This document shows positions 42,236-54,510 of a stretch of 64,000 bases of DNA, in pieces (positions within the stretch are counted from its first letter, which is position 1; each line of letters begins with the position of its first letter). Origin of the DNA: Octopus vulgaris. Lineage: Eukaryota. The translations under genes were made by a program, and so were the position numbers. Location: positions 72,106,001 through 72,170,000 of the forward strand of contig OX597830.1 of NCBI GenBank assembly GCA_951406725.2, read 5' to 3'. The notes under the pieces were generated by a model. That model searched no databases and was not told where the DNA came from. It saw only the letters and a program-made list of their open reading frames with translations.

Positions 42236-42745
42236 GGTCACTTTCGAGTGCTACTGGTAACATGTAACCCAGTACCTGTTGCATGGCCGGGTCGTCGGTG
42301 ACTAAACCGGCAACCCCACCAAGCTTGCTTTGTGAGGCGGGTGTTTATTGGACACCCTGCAGGATGAAAAGCAAAACCCGTCAAAGGGCGGAGGGAACTC
42401 TTGAGTGTCAACGGCCATCCAATAAATGTCTTAAGGCTGTATCATGTGCGGGGACATAGAAATAATCGGACTGAATACTCGATCGCGCGGTTAAACCATT
42501 GGGTGTAAAGGACTCCTAGCCTTTGTTAGGGCATCCTTCTAGGAGACGGTAACTCGGGTAACTGGGATAACTCCGACATGCGGCTCAATGGTTACCGATG
42601 ATGTTGACTTCTTTTCGGATTATGGCTGCTGTTGCTTAGTGAGTAGGATTGACTCAGTGCACAGCCTTTCCTCACTTTAAAAAAATTCCTCTTGCACAGG
42701 CATTGCAAGATAACAACATTGATTAAACTTCGTGCAATGGACATA
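42236..42745 (+). mobile_element. Probable RTE LINE 5' UTR, isolated and structured
   Basis: GC-rich island between (TATG)n tracts; GGGCATCCTTCTAGGAGACGGTAACTC and AAACCCGTCAAAGGGCGG resemble RTE 5' UTR motifs (from recall). Confidence 0.55.
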
Positions 42746-43186
42746 CTCGATAACGAGGGGGCAGCCACCATATATGTACGTACGTATGTATGTATGTATG
42801 TATGTATGTATGTATGTATGTATGTATGTATGTATGTATGTATGTATGTATGTACTTTTACTTCTACTTTATTTTCAGACTATGCTTAAAGTGTACTTAA
42901 CATTTCTAAATATATTTCCAATACCTTAAGACACGAAAGAACTTGCCACTTTGCGTTAAAGAAGGGTTATTCAGTGAGAACAACACATCGGATGGCTTTT
43001 GCGTTAAAAGCACCTGCTTTTATGATCATTGTGACCGATATAAATATTTTCTCCTGTTCTTCTCATTAGTTATTAATCACGTTTGTTATATTCATGAGAA
43101 AGTTATATCAAGAGTCAGTCGATAACCAAGTAGTCGTATTCAGACCATGTTTGGCTGATAACAGTCAAATGAGGCTAACAATTATA

Positions 43187-43279
43187 GTGTCTTCTGCTAT
43201 AGCCCAGGGCCGACCAAAGCCTTGTGAGTGGATTTGGTAGACGGAAACTGAAAGAAGCCTGTCGTATATATGTATATAC

Positions 43280-43313
<34 letters not shown>

Positions 43314-43532
43314 TTGTGTGTCTGTGTTTGTTCCCCTAGCATTGCTTGACAACCGATGCTGGTGTGTTTACGTCCCCGTTACTTAGCGGTTCGGCAAAAG
43401 AGACCGATAGAATAAGTACTGGGCTTACAAAGAATAAGTCCCGGGGTCGATTTGCTCGACTAAAGGCGGTGCTCCAGCATGGCCGCAGTCAAATGACTGA
43501 AACAAGTAAAAGAGAGAAAAAGAAAAGAGAGT
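43187..43532 (+). mobile_element. SINE A, 5'-truncated young copy
   Basis: Near identity to 633-972. Confidence 0.92.
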
Positions 43533-44016
43533 ATTAAATTTTTGCGGTGCTACTTCCTTGCCATATTTGAGTTGGTGAAGTAATTTAGATTATGAAGAAT
43601 ACAATTAAGGTAGCGATTTAATAGGCTCTTTAGCATGCCGTATCAAATGCGTCACGGCATTTCGTCCGTCTATATCTTCTGATTTCAAATACCTGTCGGA
43701 GTTGACTTTGCCATTCATAATTTCGGGGTCAACAAAATATATACCTGTTGATTACTGGGATCGATGTAATCGACTTCCACGCTCCCCTGATAAACTGCAT
43801 GTTTTCTACTAAAATTTGAAAATATAGTGGCGAGCTAGCAGAATTGTTTAGCACGCCAGGAAAAATCCTTAGTAGTATTTCTCTCGAAACTTTACATCCT
43901 TCGAGGTCGACATCAGTTTTTACATTTTTCATCTGATAATAATTCAATCGTTCTCTTTTGCTGTAAGGTTGTTAAAGAATATGGAGGAGCAAACACATAC
44001 ACACATATAAACAGGA

Positions 44017-44209
44017 CGCCATGATAGATCGTTAGCTCCTACACGCATTTTTTCTCTCCTTGTTTTTTTCTGTGTATCTTTCTGTCGAAGAGCGTAGGCT
44101 CGTAACGTAAAAGACTTTTTCTATTTCTATTCCTGAGCGCTATACTAATACATTTGTTTGTTTGTACTCCACCTGCCTTCGTCTTTTGTTTATTTTCGTA
44201 AACTTTCTC

Positions 44210-44210
<1 letters not shown>
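44017..44210 (+). mobile_element. Family Z element with non-canonical HHR-like motif (44077-44114)
   Basis: TCTTT-CTGTCGA-A-GAGC(GTAG)GCTC-GTAA-CG-TA-AAAGA; ends in (TA)n. Confidence 0.75.
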
Positions 44211-44278
<68 letters not shown>

Positions 44279-44330
44279 ATGCGTATGTGTGTATTTTTGT
44301 ACATACATTGATACATACATTGATACATAC

Positions 44331-44379
<49 letters not shown>

Positions 44380-44380
<1 letters not shown>

Positions 44381-44786
44381 TCTTTACTCTTTTACTTGTT
44401 TCAGTCATTTGACTGCGGCCATGCTGGAGCACCACCTTTAATCGAGCAACTCGAGCCCAGGACTTATTCTTTGTAAGCCCAGTACTTATTCTATCGGTCT
44501 CTTTTGCCGAACCGCTAAGTGACGGGGACGTAAACACACACCAGCATCGGTTGTCAAGCAATGCTAGGGGGACAAACGCAGACACACAAACACACACACA
44601 CATACATACATAAATATATATATACATATATACGACAGGCTTCTTTCAGTTTCTGTCTACCAAATCCACTCACAAGGCATTGGTCGGCCTGGGGCTATAG
44701 CAGAAGACACTTGCCCAAGATGCCACACAGTGGGATTGAACCCAGAACCATATGGTTGGTTAGCAAGCTACTTACCACACAGCCAC
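44380..44786 (-). mobile_element. SINE A, full copy
   Basis: Reverse complement of 557-972. Confidence 0.92.
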
Positions 44787-44989
44787 ATATATATATGGTG
44801 TTGAAATCTTGCAATTCTCGCACAAATGATTTCAAAATCTTGCTATGGTCTAATGGAAGAACTCCTGAGATGTTTACTGGAGTTACAGCTCCGAATAAGA
44901 TGGACATTGCTGTAGGGAACGCCTTTTTTAAACCAAATATTTCTGTTGTTACTTTAACTCCATTGATATTATATATATATATATATAGT

Positions 44990-45135
44990 GAGAATTTACA
45001 AAAATACAAAAGACAAAGATGGGCGTGTAAACAACAAACAAATTTATTAGTTTAACGCTCGAGAAGAGAGAAAGTCTTTTACATTTCGGGCCTACGCTCT
45101 TCGACAGAAAGGAACAGAGAAATAAATAGGGAGAG
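44990..45135 (-). mobile_element. Family Z element with HHR-like motif (45075-45112)
   Basis: Minus strand CCTTT-CTGTCGA-A-GAGC(GTAG)GCCC-GAAA-TG-TA-AAAGA. Confidence 0.75.
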
Positions 45136-45761
45136 AAAATAGAAAATAGAAAGTAGAAATATATACACAGAAATAAATACATATATGTGTGTGTGTATTT
45201 GTTTGTGTGTGGGTGGGTGTGTGGGTGTGGGTGTGGGTATGTGTGGGTGGGTGTATGTATATATGTATGTATATACGATCGGCTTCTACACACCTTTCGT
45301 TAACAAAATTCAATCGCATTTTATTGGTGAAACCGGTGATAGAGCAAAGAACGCCTGCCCCTACGTGCCACAAATTGAGAATATATTTTAAGCCACCGTG
45401 GGTGTCAAACATGGTTCTGAACCACACAAACATTTTTGCGCCTGTTCACAAAATGAAAAATATAGGGACGTACGGACATATCTAAGCAGATAAAAGGCAG
45501 TAAGACGTGTTACAGCAATACATTAGGGAACATTACATACATAACTGCATGTTGATTAGTTTTTCATTAAATTTATTATTGTTATACATTTATATGATGT
45601 AAATTATTGCCTTTATCTAATTTTTAATGATTGCATATATAATACACGCGCGCTCGCATATATACGCTCGCAAACGCGCACGCTTATTTTTGTATATACA
45701 CATTCATAAACATAAAACACACAAACATAGTCACATATCGCTATGTATATACATATACAAC

Positions 45762-45807
<46 letters not shown>

Positions 45808-45947
45808 GACCCACGTGTTCTATTTATTCTCAGCAATGTTTCATGTTTAACTATTCATTGCTTACATATATATATATGCGTATAAACGTTCCTGCATATA
45901 TACATATATATAATTGTGTGTGTATGTATATGTATATGAGTATATAT

Positions 45948-46050
<103 letters not shown>

Positions 46051-46373
46051 TATATATCTACATATATTATGTTTGTATGCATGTATATATAACATACATA
46101 TACGCACATATATATATACATTTATATGCACACGTAAATGCATACTTATTCATATGTATATATATCCAACTTAAGCGTATTTGTATAATTTATATGTTTG
46201 TGTATGTGTCTGTGTGTATGTGAGTGTGTATGCATACACACAGTTTTATATACATGTAGATATTTAATATATATATATATATATATAGGAATATTTATCT
46301 ATAGGATGCGAATAAATTCATACGTTTCTTTTATTATCGTTTTCCTTCTCTTTTTTTTTTTTTTTTTTTTCAG

Positions 46374-46420
46374 TTGGGTGTTGCTCTCACTGCGCATTAC
46401 CAGGGAGACAATTCATGTGT
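46374..46420 (+). other. Candidate 47-nt micro-exon
   Basis: About 45-nt pyrimidine-rich tract with CAG acceptor and GTAAGT donor; all three frames are open. Confidence 0.4.
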
Positions 46421-46744
46421 GTAAGTAATGCATAATTAAACCCGGTTAAAATCTCACAGATTACTTAAATAAATTCCTTCAGAAGGCTGCCGAGTCGCAA
46501 CTTTCTTTTACATTCTCCATGACATTTGAATTGCATTTAACAAAATTGATGAATCTTTAAATGAAATGAAACCAATGTTTTTTTTTTTTGTTTTGTGTTT
46601 TATTTCTTTTATTTTCTGAAGATTTTTACCTTTTTGCACATTTTTTTTTTTTTGGTAAATATACAAACTCTCAGCGTCACTTTTACACGCGCGCGCGCGC
46701 CTTCTTTCAAGTGTAGGTTCACACATTGATCTTTTAGTGGAGGA

Positions 46745-46878
46745 GGTTTTATCAGACATGAAAGACAAAGTCTACCTCGGCTGAATTTGAACCGAGAAAG
46801 AAAAGACGAGCGGAATGCAGCTAAGAATTCTTGTCCGGCGTGCTAACGATTCTGCTGGCTCACCGACTTCACACACAC

Positions 46879-46930
<52 letters not shown>

Positions 46931-47905
46931 AACACATATCTATCTATCTATATATATATATCTATATACATAAATACACACATGCATATGTGTATGCGTG
47001 CTTGTGTGTGTAAAATTACATTTCGTCATACAAGCATAACAAACTGAGCTGTTTAAATAATTCTCTTTGGAATATTTCGAAGCACGCACAGAGATCTATA
47101 AATAATTCTTTCTACTATAGGTGCAAGGCCTGAAATTTTGCAGTAGGGGGCAAGTCGATTACATCGACTCCAGTTCGTAACTGTACCACGAAAATCAAAA
47201 GTCGACCTGGCGGAATTTGAACTCTGAACGTAGCGACAGACGAAATACCGATAAACATTTCGACCGGTGTGTTAACGATTCTTATTTCTTTACTGCCTAC
47301 AAGGGGCTACATACAGAGGGGACAGACAAACGGATTAAGTCGATTACATCAACCCCAGTGCGTAATTGGTACTTAATTTATCGACGCCGAAAGGATCAAA
47401 AGCCAAAGTCGACCTCGGCGGAATTTGAACTCAGAACGTAACGGCGGACGAAATACAGCTACGCATTTCGCCCGGTGTGCTAACGTTTCTGCTAGCTCAC
47501 CGCCTCGAGATCGATGAAATAATACCATGTAAATATTGACTTGAAATAATCCCTTGAGGATAGATAACGTCGATAGTCTATCATATCTACATGAAATGTG
47601 GTTTCGAATCCCATCGGCAGATTCTACTTTTCTTCCCAAAAGGGTTTTTCAGCTCAATATTTTCAAGACATTATTTAAAACGTGAAGGATGCGAGTTGGC
47701 AGAATCGTTAGCACTCCGTGCAAAATTGTTATCGATATTTTGTCCGTCTTTACGTTCAAATTCCGCGAAGATCGACTTTGCTTTTCATCCTTTCGGGTCA
47801 GTAAATTAAGAACCAGTCAAATAATGGGCATCTGCAATTAGATGTAATCTACTGTTCCTCTTCGTATAAATTCCAAATCTTCTGCTTTTGACACTGGTTC
47901 ACGCC

Positions 47906-47936
<31 letters not shown>

Positions 47937-49000
47937 GGGACAAGAACGTGAAACATTTAGAAGACGATACAAAAACACGGACGAGACATTCGAAGCCTTC
48001 AATCTTCAGTTAAGAACCGGATCCTCTTCGCAATTTCGGCTGATTAATCTTGATATATATATATATGAAATTTTGAATTTAGTTCACTGATATGCCAGTA
48101 CTACCTTTGCGGATAACCAGGGGTCTGCGGAACCTAGACTGGGAACCACTGGTTTATACTTTGAAGACAGGGAGCTGCTTGAATCGTTAGCATACCGGGC
48201 AAAATACTAAGCGTCATTATATTCGTTTTTACGTTCAAATTCTGCCGAGGTCGACTTTGCTTGTCATCCTTTCGGGGTCAATAAAATAAGTAACATTTAA
48301 GCACTGGTGTCTTGAACTTTCTGGCCACGTTCCAAAGTTTGAAACCCTTGTTTATAATTTTATTGAAGTTGGTTACCTTGGTGAAAATACTTAGCGACAT
48401 TTCTTCTGGTTTTATGTTCTGAGTTCAAATGCCACCATCTATGCCTTTCCTCCTTCCGTGTCCTGGAAAGAAGTACCAGTCAAGCACTGGGCGGGGGCTA
48501 TGTTATTGACTTATCCCTCGTGACAAAATTTGAAATCATGACATAACTCTATATATACGTTTCCAGATACGAGTTCGTATTTCAAAAATTATGGATTTAT
48601 CATACAAGACGATCTGGCAAAATCATTAGAACGTCGGGCGAAATGCTTAGCCGTATTTCGTCTGCCGTTACGTTCTGAGTTCAAATTCCGCCGAGATCGA
48701 CTTTGCCTTTCCTCTTTTCGGGGTCGATTAAATTGAGTACTAGTTACGCACTGGGGTCGATGTAATCGACTTAATCCGTTTGTCTGTCCTTATTTGTCCC
48801 CTCTGTGTTTAGCCCCTTGTGGGTAGTAAAGAAATAGGTATTTCCTCTGTCTTTAAGTTCTGAGTTCAAATTCCGCCGAGATTGACTTTCCATTTTATCC
48901 TTTCGGGGTCGATAACTTAAGTACCAGTTGCGTACTTGCGATCGATCTAATCGACTGGACCCCTCCCTCAAAATTTTGAGCCTTATGCCTTGAGTAGAAA
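46745..49000. mobile_element. SINE B cluster: minus copies 46745-46865 and 47105-47505; plus copies about 47690, 48170, 48380 and dimer 48614-49000
   Basis: Repeated TTCAAATTCCGCCGAGGTCGACTTTGC motif in both orientations. Confidence 0.88.
47937..48053 (-). mobile_element. Family X element, second copy
   Basis: Minus strand TCAAGA-TTAATCAGCC-GAAA-TTGC-14nt-TCTTAA-CTGAAGA; flanked by (TA)n. Confidence 0.78.
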
Positions 49001-49662
49001 AGAGAAAAAAAATTATGGATTTATATTTATGTGCAGATATACATATTTGTACGTACATGCTTATATACATACATACATACATACAAACTTATAAATTTAT
49101 ATGCACGTCACGCGTGTGTGTATAGGGTTATCTGTATTCGTGACCTCTGGTAAATGCGCTTTTGCATACATGTACAAACATGCACTGCTACGCACACACA
49201 CACGCATACTCCCCCTCACTGTCTCTATATTTTTGATTTTTAAACAACGGAATGCACTTTCATCTGTGTCTGTCTCTTGCTTTGTCCTCCTCCTCCTCCT
49301 CCTCCTCCTCCTCTCTCTCTCTCTCTGTATTGCTTCGTTTCATCTGTCTCTCTCTTTCTCTCTCTCTCTCACATTCATACATTATCTCCCCCGTTTCCCT
49401 TGCTTTGTTCTCTTCCCTTCCTCTCACTCTCACTTTCTCGCTTTGTCTCCTCTGTCTCTATCTCTTCCTTATTCTTCCCTGTCTCCCCTCCTCTCTCTCT
49501 CCCACTTTCTACTCCAGTAACAGACACACATAATGAGAAAGGAGCACATGCCCCTTCCCTGTTACCTTATATCTCTTCCTCTCTGGGTTTATTTTTCTTA
49601 TTCACTTTCAGCTTCCCTCACACGTGAGCGAGCGCACATACACGTATTCGTACCGAATTCAA

Positions 49663-49695
<33 letters not shown>

Positions 49696-50009
49696 CTAAA
49701 GAGAAAGTAAAGGAAGGTGTTAATTCTTGGCCTCATATATATCCCAGCAGCCACTGTAGCAGACCTACAAACATATAGATTAACCAACCCACCTACTGTG
49801 AATTTTGCTCAACAGTCGACCACCCACTTTGAAACAACTACCCGTATGTATGTGTATTTGTGTGTGTGTGGGGGCGTGTGTTTTTGTGCCTAAATACTTG
49901 TATATATGCATGAGATTATATCTTTTACTTTTAAAACCACCTTTATTTAAATATATATATATATAAAGGGAGAGAGAGAAAGGGGTAGATAGCTAGCTAG
50001 ATAGATAGG

Positions 50010-50064
<55 letters not shown>

Positions 50065-50084
50065 AGTGAGTGACAGAGATACAC

Positions 50085-50120
<36 letters not shown>

Positions 50121-50725
50121 CAGAGAGAATCTGGACAAAGGTAAAGCTTGTGTTTTTTTGCTGTTAGGAAAAATATACTTGACAAAGGTAAGGAACAAAA
50201 ACTGACGGAACCCAGTTGTTGGTGGGTCGAAGGTAAATGGGAGACAGAACGCCAAGCTCTTATAACATAACCCCCTAACCATCATGATTAAGAGGCGTGT
50301 TTCTATGACGTATGAGAGAGCATCTTTTGTGTCCTTTTGCTAGGCAGGTGTGCTAAGATCTCGTTCGCTGTGAGTGTTTTAGCTTTTAAATCAATCGCTA
50401 CCCGAAAACGTTGTAAAACCTGGTTGAAATAATAATAGACACCACATCGCGACACTATATCCACTGTGCTATACAGTAAAATTATCTTTTGCGTGTATAC
50501 ATATATGTACAAGTATGTGTGTGTGTGCGTGTGTGTCTTTGTATGTATACACAGACATATAACTTTATATACAGGTATATAATATATATGTATATATTCA
50601 CACATAAATATGTATATACATACATGCGTACATACAGACATACATACATACGTACATATATACATGTACATAATAATTATGTATATATATGCATACTTAA
50701 ATGTGTGTGTCTCTCTCTCTATATA

Positions 50726-50791
<66 letters not shown>

Positions 50792-50920
50792 GTATGTGTA
50801 TATATGCTGTGAGAAGAGAGACAGAAAGAGAAAGAGAAATAGTTTTACAAAGGTACATAGATATATGCATATATATGGGTATATATATGAGTGTGTGTAT
50901 GTTTGTGCTTGGGTGAGTGC

Positions 50921-50951
<31 letters not shown>

Positions 50952-52065
50952 CGCACGCGCGCACACATACTTTCACACATACACATACACACAGGTATTC
51001 ATATAAAGTGCCTAGAAGGCGTTTAGCTGTATAGGAGACTTACCAGACTCAAATAGCCAGAGGCACATGTACATCTCTATGTGTCTGTGTTTGTGGGTGC
51101 GTGAGAGTGTATGTGTATGTGTGTCGTTGTGTCTGTGTTTATATAATATTATGTCCAATGACGTAAGTAGATAGCCATTTACAATTAGAGCTTTACCTGA
51201 GTACAACTGCCTAAATCTCCAATTATAATCCGCTTTTAAATATTAATTCTAGATTTGTAGCAAAAACTGCTTCTTGGAATGTCTTTCGAAAGTCGTTTTA
51301 ATCATGAAGTTTGAAAGTTAAATGAGAGCGAAATTTTATCTCCGGGATCGAGAAATTCTTGTCTAGGGCTTTAATGCGTTGTGTCTTTTATGGTTTAGAT
51401 TCAATATTGAAGGAGTAGCATACTTGAGCCATCAAACTAAAAACACAAATAAAATCCCAACCACACATGTACATACGAGCAACAAATAACATACACAAAC
51501 ATATACACACAGACATGCACATATATCATACACAAATATAAAGGCACAAATACCACGTTTTCTTGAAAATTCTTGGATGCTTCAAGTTCAGAGTATCGTG
51601 GTTTGTTCACTCAGAAAAATTAATCCATAAGTCAGAAGTACGAGTGTCAAAAATATAATCCAGCACCGATATTCCAGCAAAACGTATTTCGTCACAAGAT
51701 GAAAATACCGGTCATCACATATTAGGCCTTTATTGGAGCAAATTTGGTTTAAGGAATGTTTCCAGTAGTCATTATAGATACATGACTGATAGATTTTCTC
51801 AATTGGCCTATTCATCTACTGAGGCAAATTGAGCGATCTAAGAAGATTAATGCCACGTTCGTCCGAGCTGTTTCTGATCATTACACGCAGATTACTAGGG
51901 GAATGGATATTGTGTGAGGAAGGTGGGAAGAGAAGATGGGTATGTCCAAGTAGAATAGAAAACAGGGGAACACACACACACACTCACGTATATATATAGA
52001 ATAAGAAAAGAAAATGGACATTGGGAAGTTAATAATAGTTTATTATTAACTGCAAATTAATCATC

Positions 52066-52159
52066 TTCCCTTACAGCTGTTTCAGTTAATACTCAGTAAA
52101 TATTTAGTAAACATTAAATGTATATTTATACGACCTGAGCATAATATCTTCAGAGGGAA
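52066..52159 (-). ncRNA. Type I hammerhead ribozyme motif with canonical core, long stem II and palindromic stem III
   Basis: TTCCCT-CTGAAGA-(63 nt, ATGCTCAG/CTGAGTAT)-GAAA-CAGCTG-TA-AGGGAA. Confidence 0.75.
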
Positions 52160-52204
52160 AAAAATAGATTTCCCTCTGAAGATATTATGCTCAGGTTATA
52201 TAAA

Positions 52205-52783
52205 TTAAACTTCCGTTTCAGGTATGCCCACAAGAAAAATTCCGGGCTAGTCAAGTCTGGGGAACTTGAAGGCTAGTTAACATTGCCGTAGCAGGAGATT
52301 GTTCTCTCTCCAAAACACTGCCGTAGCAACTGCATTGCTTCTTTTGCGGTATGACAAGTTGCCCCTTCGTACTGTAACCATGTGTGAGGTCTACTTTGAA
52401 TGGCCGGGCACAAAAAGATCTCACTCATGATCCTTTACCGTTCTCCAGTCACTGTGACAGCATTTCCGTTATCGTCCTCAAAGAAGTGAGGACTAATAAT
52501 TCCACCTACTGACAATCCACGCCGTACCGTGCACCATACAGGGTACAGTTCTGGTTGGTGTACTGTTCTCGGGTTCTCAGAGCCCCCAAAACGGTAATTT
52601 TCTTTGTTCATGAGCCTATTTAAATGAAAGCTCATAAAATTGAAAAAGAGAGGGAGGGAAAAGGATAAATAATCAATTTCCATAATGTCCTTGATATTGT
52701 ATCAAAATTTCATACATTTATTTGTAAAGTTAAAGAAGTTATTAAAAATTGAAACCCATCAATGAATTTTGGGACACCTTATG
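52205..52783 (-). mobile_element. Decayed Tc1/mariner transposase (DD41D/rosa-like), internally deleted
   Basis: FHLNRLMNKENYRFGGSENP, GGIISPHFFEDDNGNAVTVTGER, WLQYEGATCHTA, SPDLTSPEFFLWAYLK; TIR-like AAGGTGTCCCAAAA. Confidence 0.9.
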
Positions 52784-52815
52784 TGTATATATGTGTGTAT
52801 GTGCGTGTGTGTGTG

Positions 52816-52848
<33 letters not shown>

Positions 52849-53024
52849 TTGTGTGAATATGTGTGCGTGTGTAAAAAAAATGAGGGGTTTAATTCACTGT
52901 GAACTAAACAAATAGATACGGTGGGTAAGTGCTATAGTAAGTCGAACGATACATTCGAAGATCACAGATAAGGCTGGACCTAGGCAGAACCAGTATCTCA
53001 AGTCTTTTAGAATAATTTAGGGTA

Positions 53025-53340
53025 GTGAGAATTTGAATCCTTACAGCTGTTTCTGGGATAACCCAAGTAGAAGGTTGAACTGGATATTCAGTCATAAGAT
53101 ACAAATTAGGAAAATTCACAGTTTACAAGAAATAGAATCCACTGTCTATAAGAAATATAATAGAAGAATAAAGGAATAAAATAGAATAAAGACTAAAATA
53201 GAAGAATATAGGCAGGAGAATAATGTTCACAACTCATCTTTTTCCAGAGAATACAGATGTTGGTCGGGATTTCCATGAAGGTATAGGTTTTAGTAAATAT
53301 CCCAGATAAAAAAAAAACACTATACCTTCATGATATTCCA
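53025..53340 (-). mobile_element. Probable Penelope-like 3' region with HHR 3' half GAAA-CAGCTG-TA
   Basis: TACAGCTGTTTC at 53042-53053; 13-bp inverted repeat CATGAAGGTATAG/CTATACCTTCATG at about 53274-53332; no intact CUGANGA found. Confidence 0.45.
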
Positions 53341-53604
53341 TTCCAATCTCGTTTATCCATTTTACTATTTAATCACTCGAAGTCCCTAATGTACCATTTA
53401 TGAAACGTACAACCTTTAGTGATTTCATCTTCCAAATCGGCACCATCGCGGTTGTAGTTTTTCAACTTTTCATCTACTTTCTTCACAGTCCCAGTATCAA
53501 ATGGAATGGCCCTCTCTCCTATGTAAGCTGTGGTGGTTTTCTGGTAAAGGCTTTCCATGCATCTCTCATATTACGGCACATTTCTAGTGTTACAATATAT
53601 ATTT

Positions 53605-53978
53605 CTTATTTCTTTACTGCCCACAAAGGGTTAAACACAGAGAGGACAAGCAATGACAGATAAAACGGATTAAGTCGATTATATCGACCCCCAGTGCGTA
53701 ACTGGTACTTATTTAATCGACCCCGAAAGGATGAAAGGCAAAGTCGACCTCGGCGAAATTCGATCTCAGAACGTAGCGGCAGAGGAAATACCGCGAAATG
53801 CTTAGCAGTACGTTCTGAGTTCAAATTCCGCCGAGGTCGATTTTGCCTTTCATCCTTTCAGGGTCGATTAAATAAGTACCAGTTACGCACTAGAGTCGAT
53901 GTAATCTACTTAATCCGTTTGTCTGTCCTTGTTTGTCCTCTCTGTGGGTAGCCCCTTGTGGGTAGTAAAGAAATAGGT
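53605..53978. mobile_element. Head-to-head inverted SINE B pair (about 170-bp arms, about 33-bp spacer)
   Basis: 53605-53775 is the reverse complement of 53809-53978. Confidence 0.92.
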
Positions 53979-54080
53979 ATGCATGCATATATATTAAGAT
54001 CTGCATCTCCACACACACATACACACACGCACACACACACACACACACGCACAAACACACACACACATATACATATATAT

Positions 54081-54260
54081 AGGCGCAGGCCTGGCTGTCC
54101 CGTAAGTAGCTTGCTTACCTACCACATAGGTCTGGGTTTAGCCCCACTGCATGGCACCTTGGGCATGGGCCTTCTGCTATAACCTCGGGCTGACCAAACC
54201 CTTGTAAGTGAATTTGGTAGACGGAAACTGAAAGAAGCCCATAGTATATATATATATATA

Positions 54261-54320
<60 letters not shown>

Positions 54321-54510
54321 TGTCTGTTTGTCCCCTAGCATCGCCTGACAATAGATGTTGTGTTTACGTCCCCGTAACATTAGCGGTCCGGCAGAAAGGA
54401 CTGATAGAAAGAATATGACCTGGAGTCAATTTGTTCAACTAAAGACGGTGCTCCAGCATGGCCGCAGTCAAATGAGTGAAACAAATAAAAGAATAAAAGA
54501 ATAAAGGAAT
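54081..54510 (+). mobile_element. SINE A, full copy
   Basis: Head, (TA)(TG) tract and tail. Confidence 0.9.

Noticed and set aside
42330-42430. HDV-like or twister ribozyme
   Set aside because: Could not place P3/L3/P1.1 or twister pseudoknots by eye.
51588-51815. piggyBac-like DYW...DR motif
   Set aside because: Only a few residues match; no other transposase motif.
53373-53558. ORF with AYIGE and NYNRDG resembling GIY-YIG
   Set aside because: Motif spacing is too short and the conserved R/H/E residues are missing; left unassigned.
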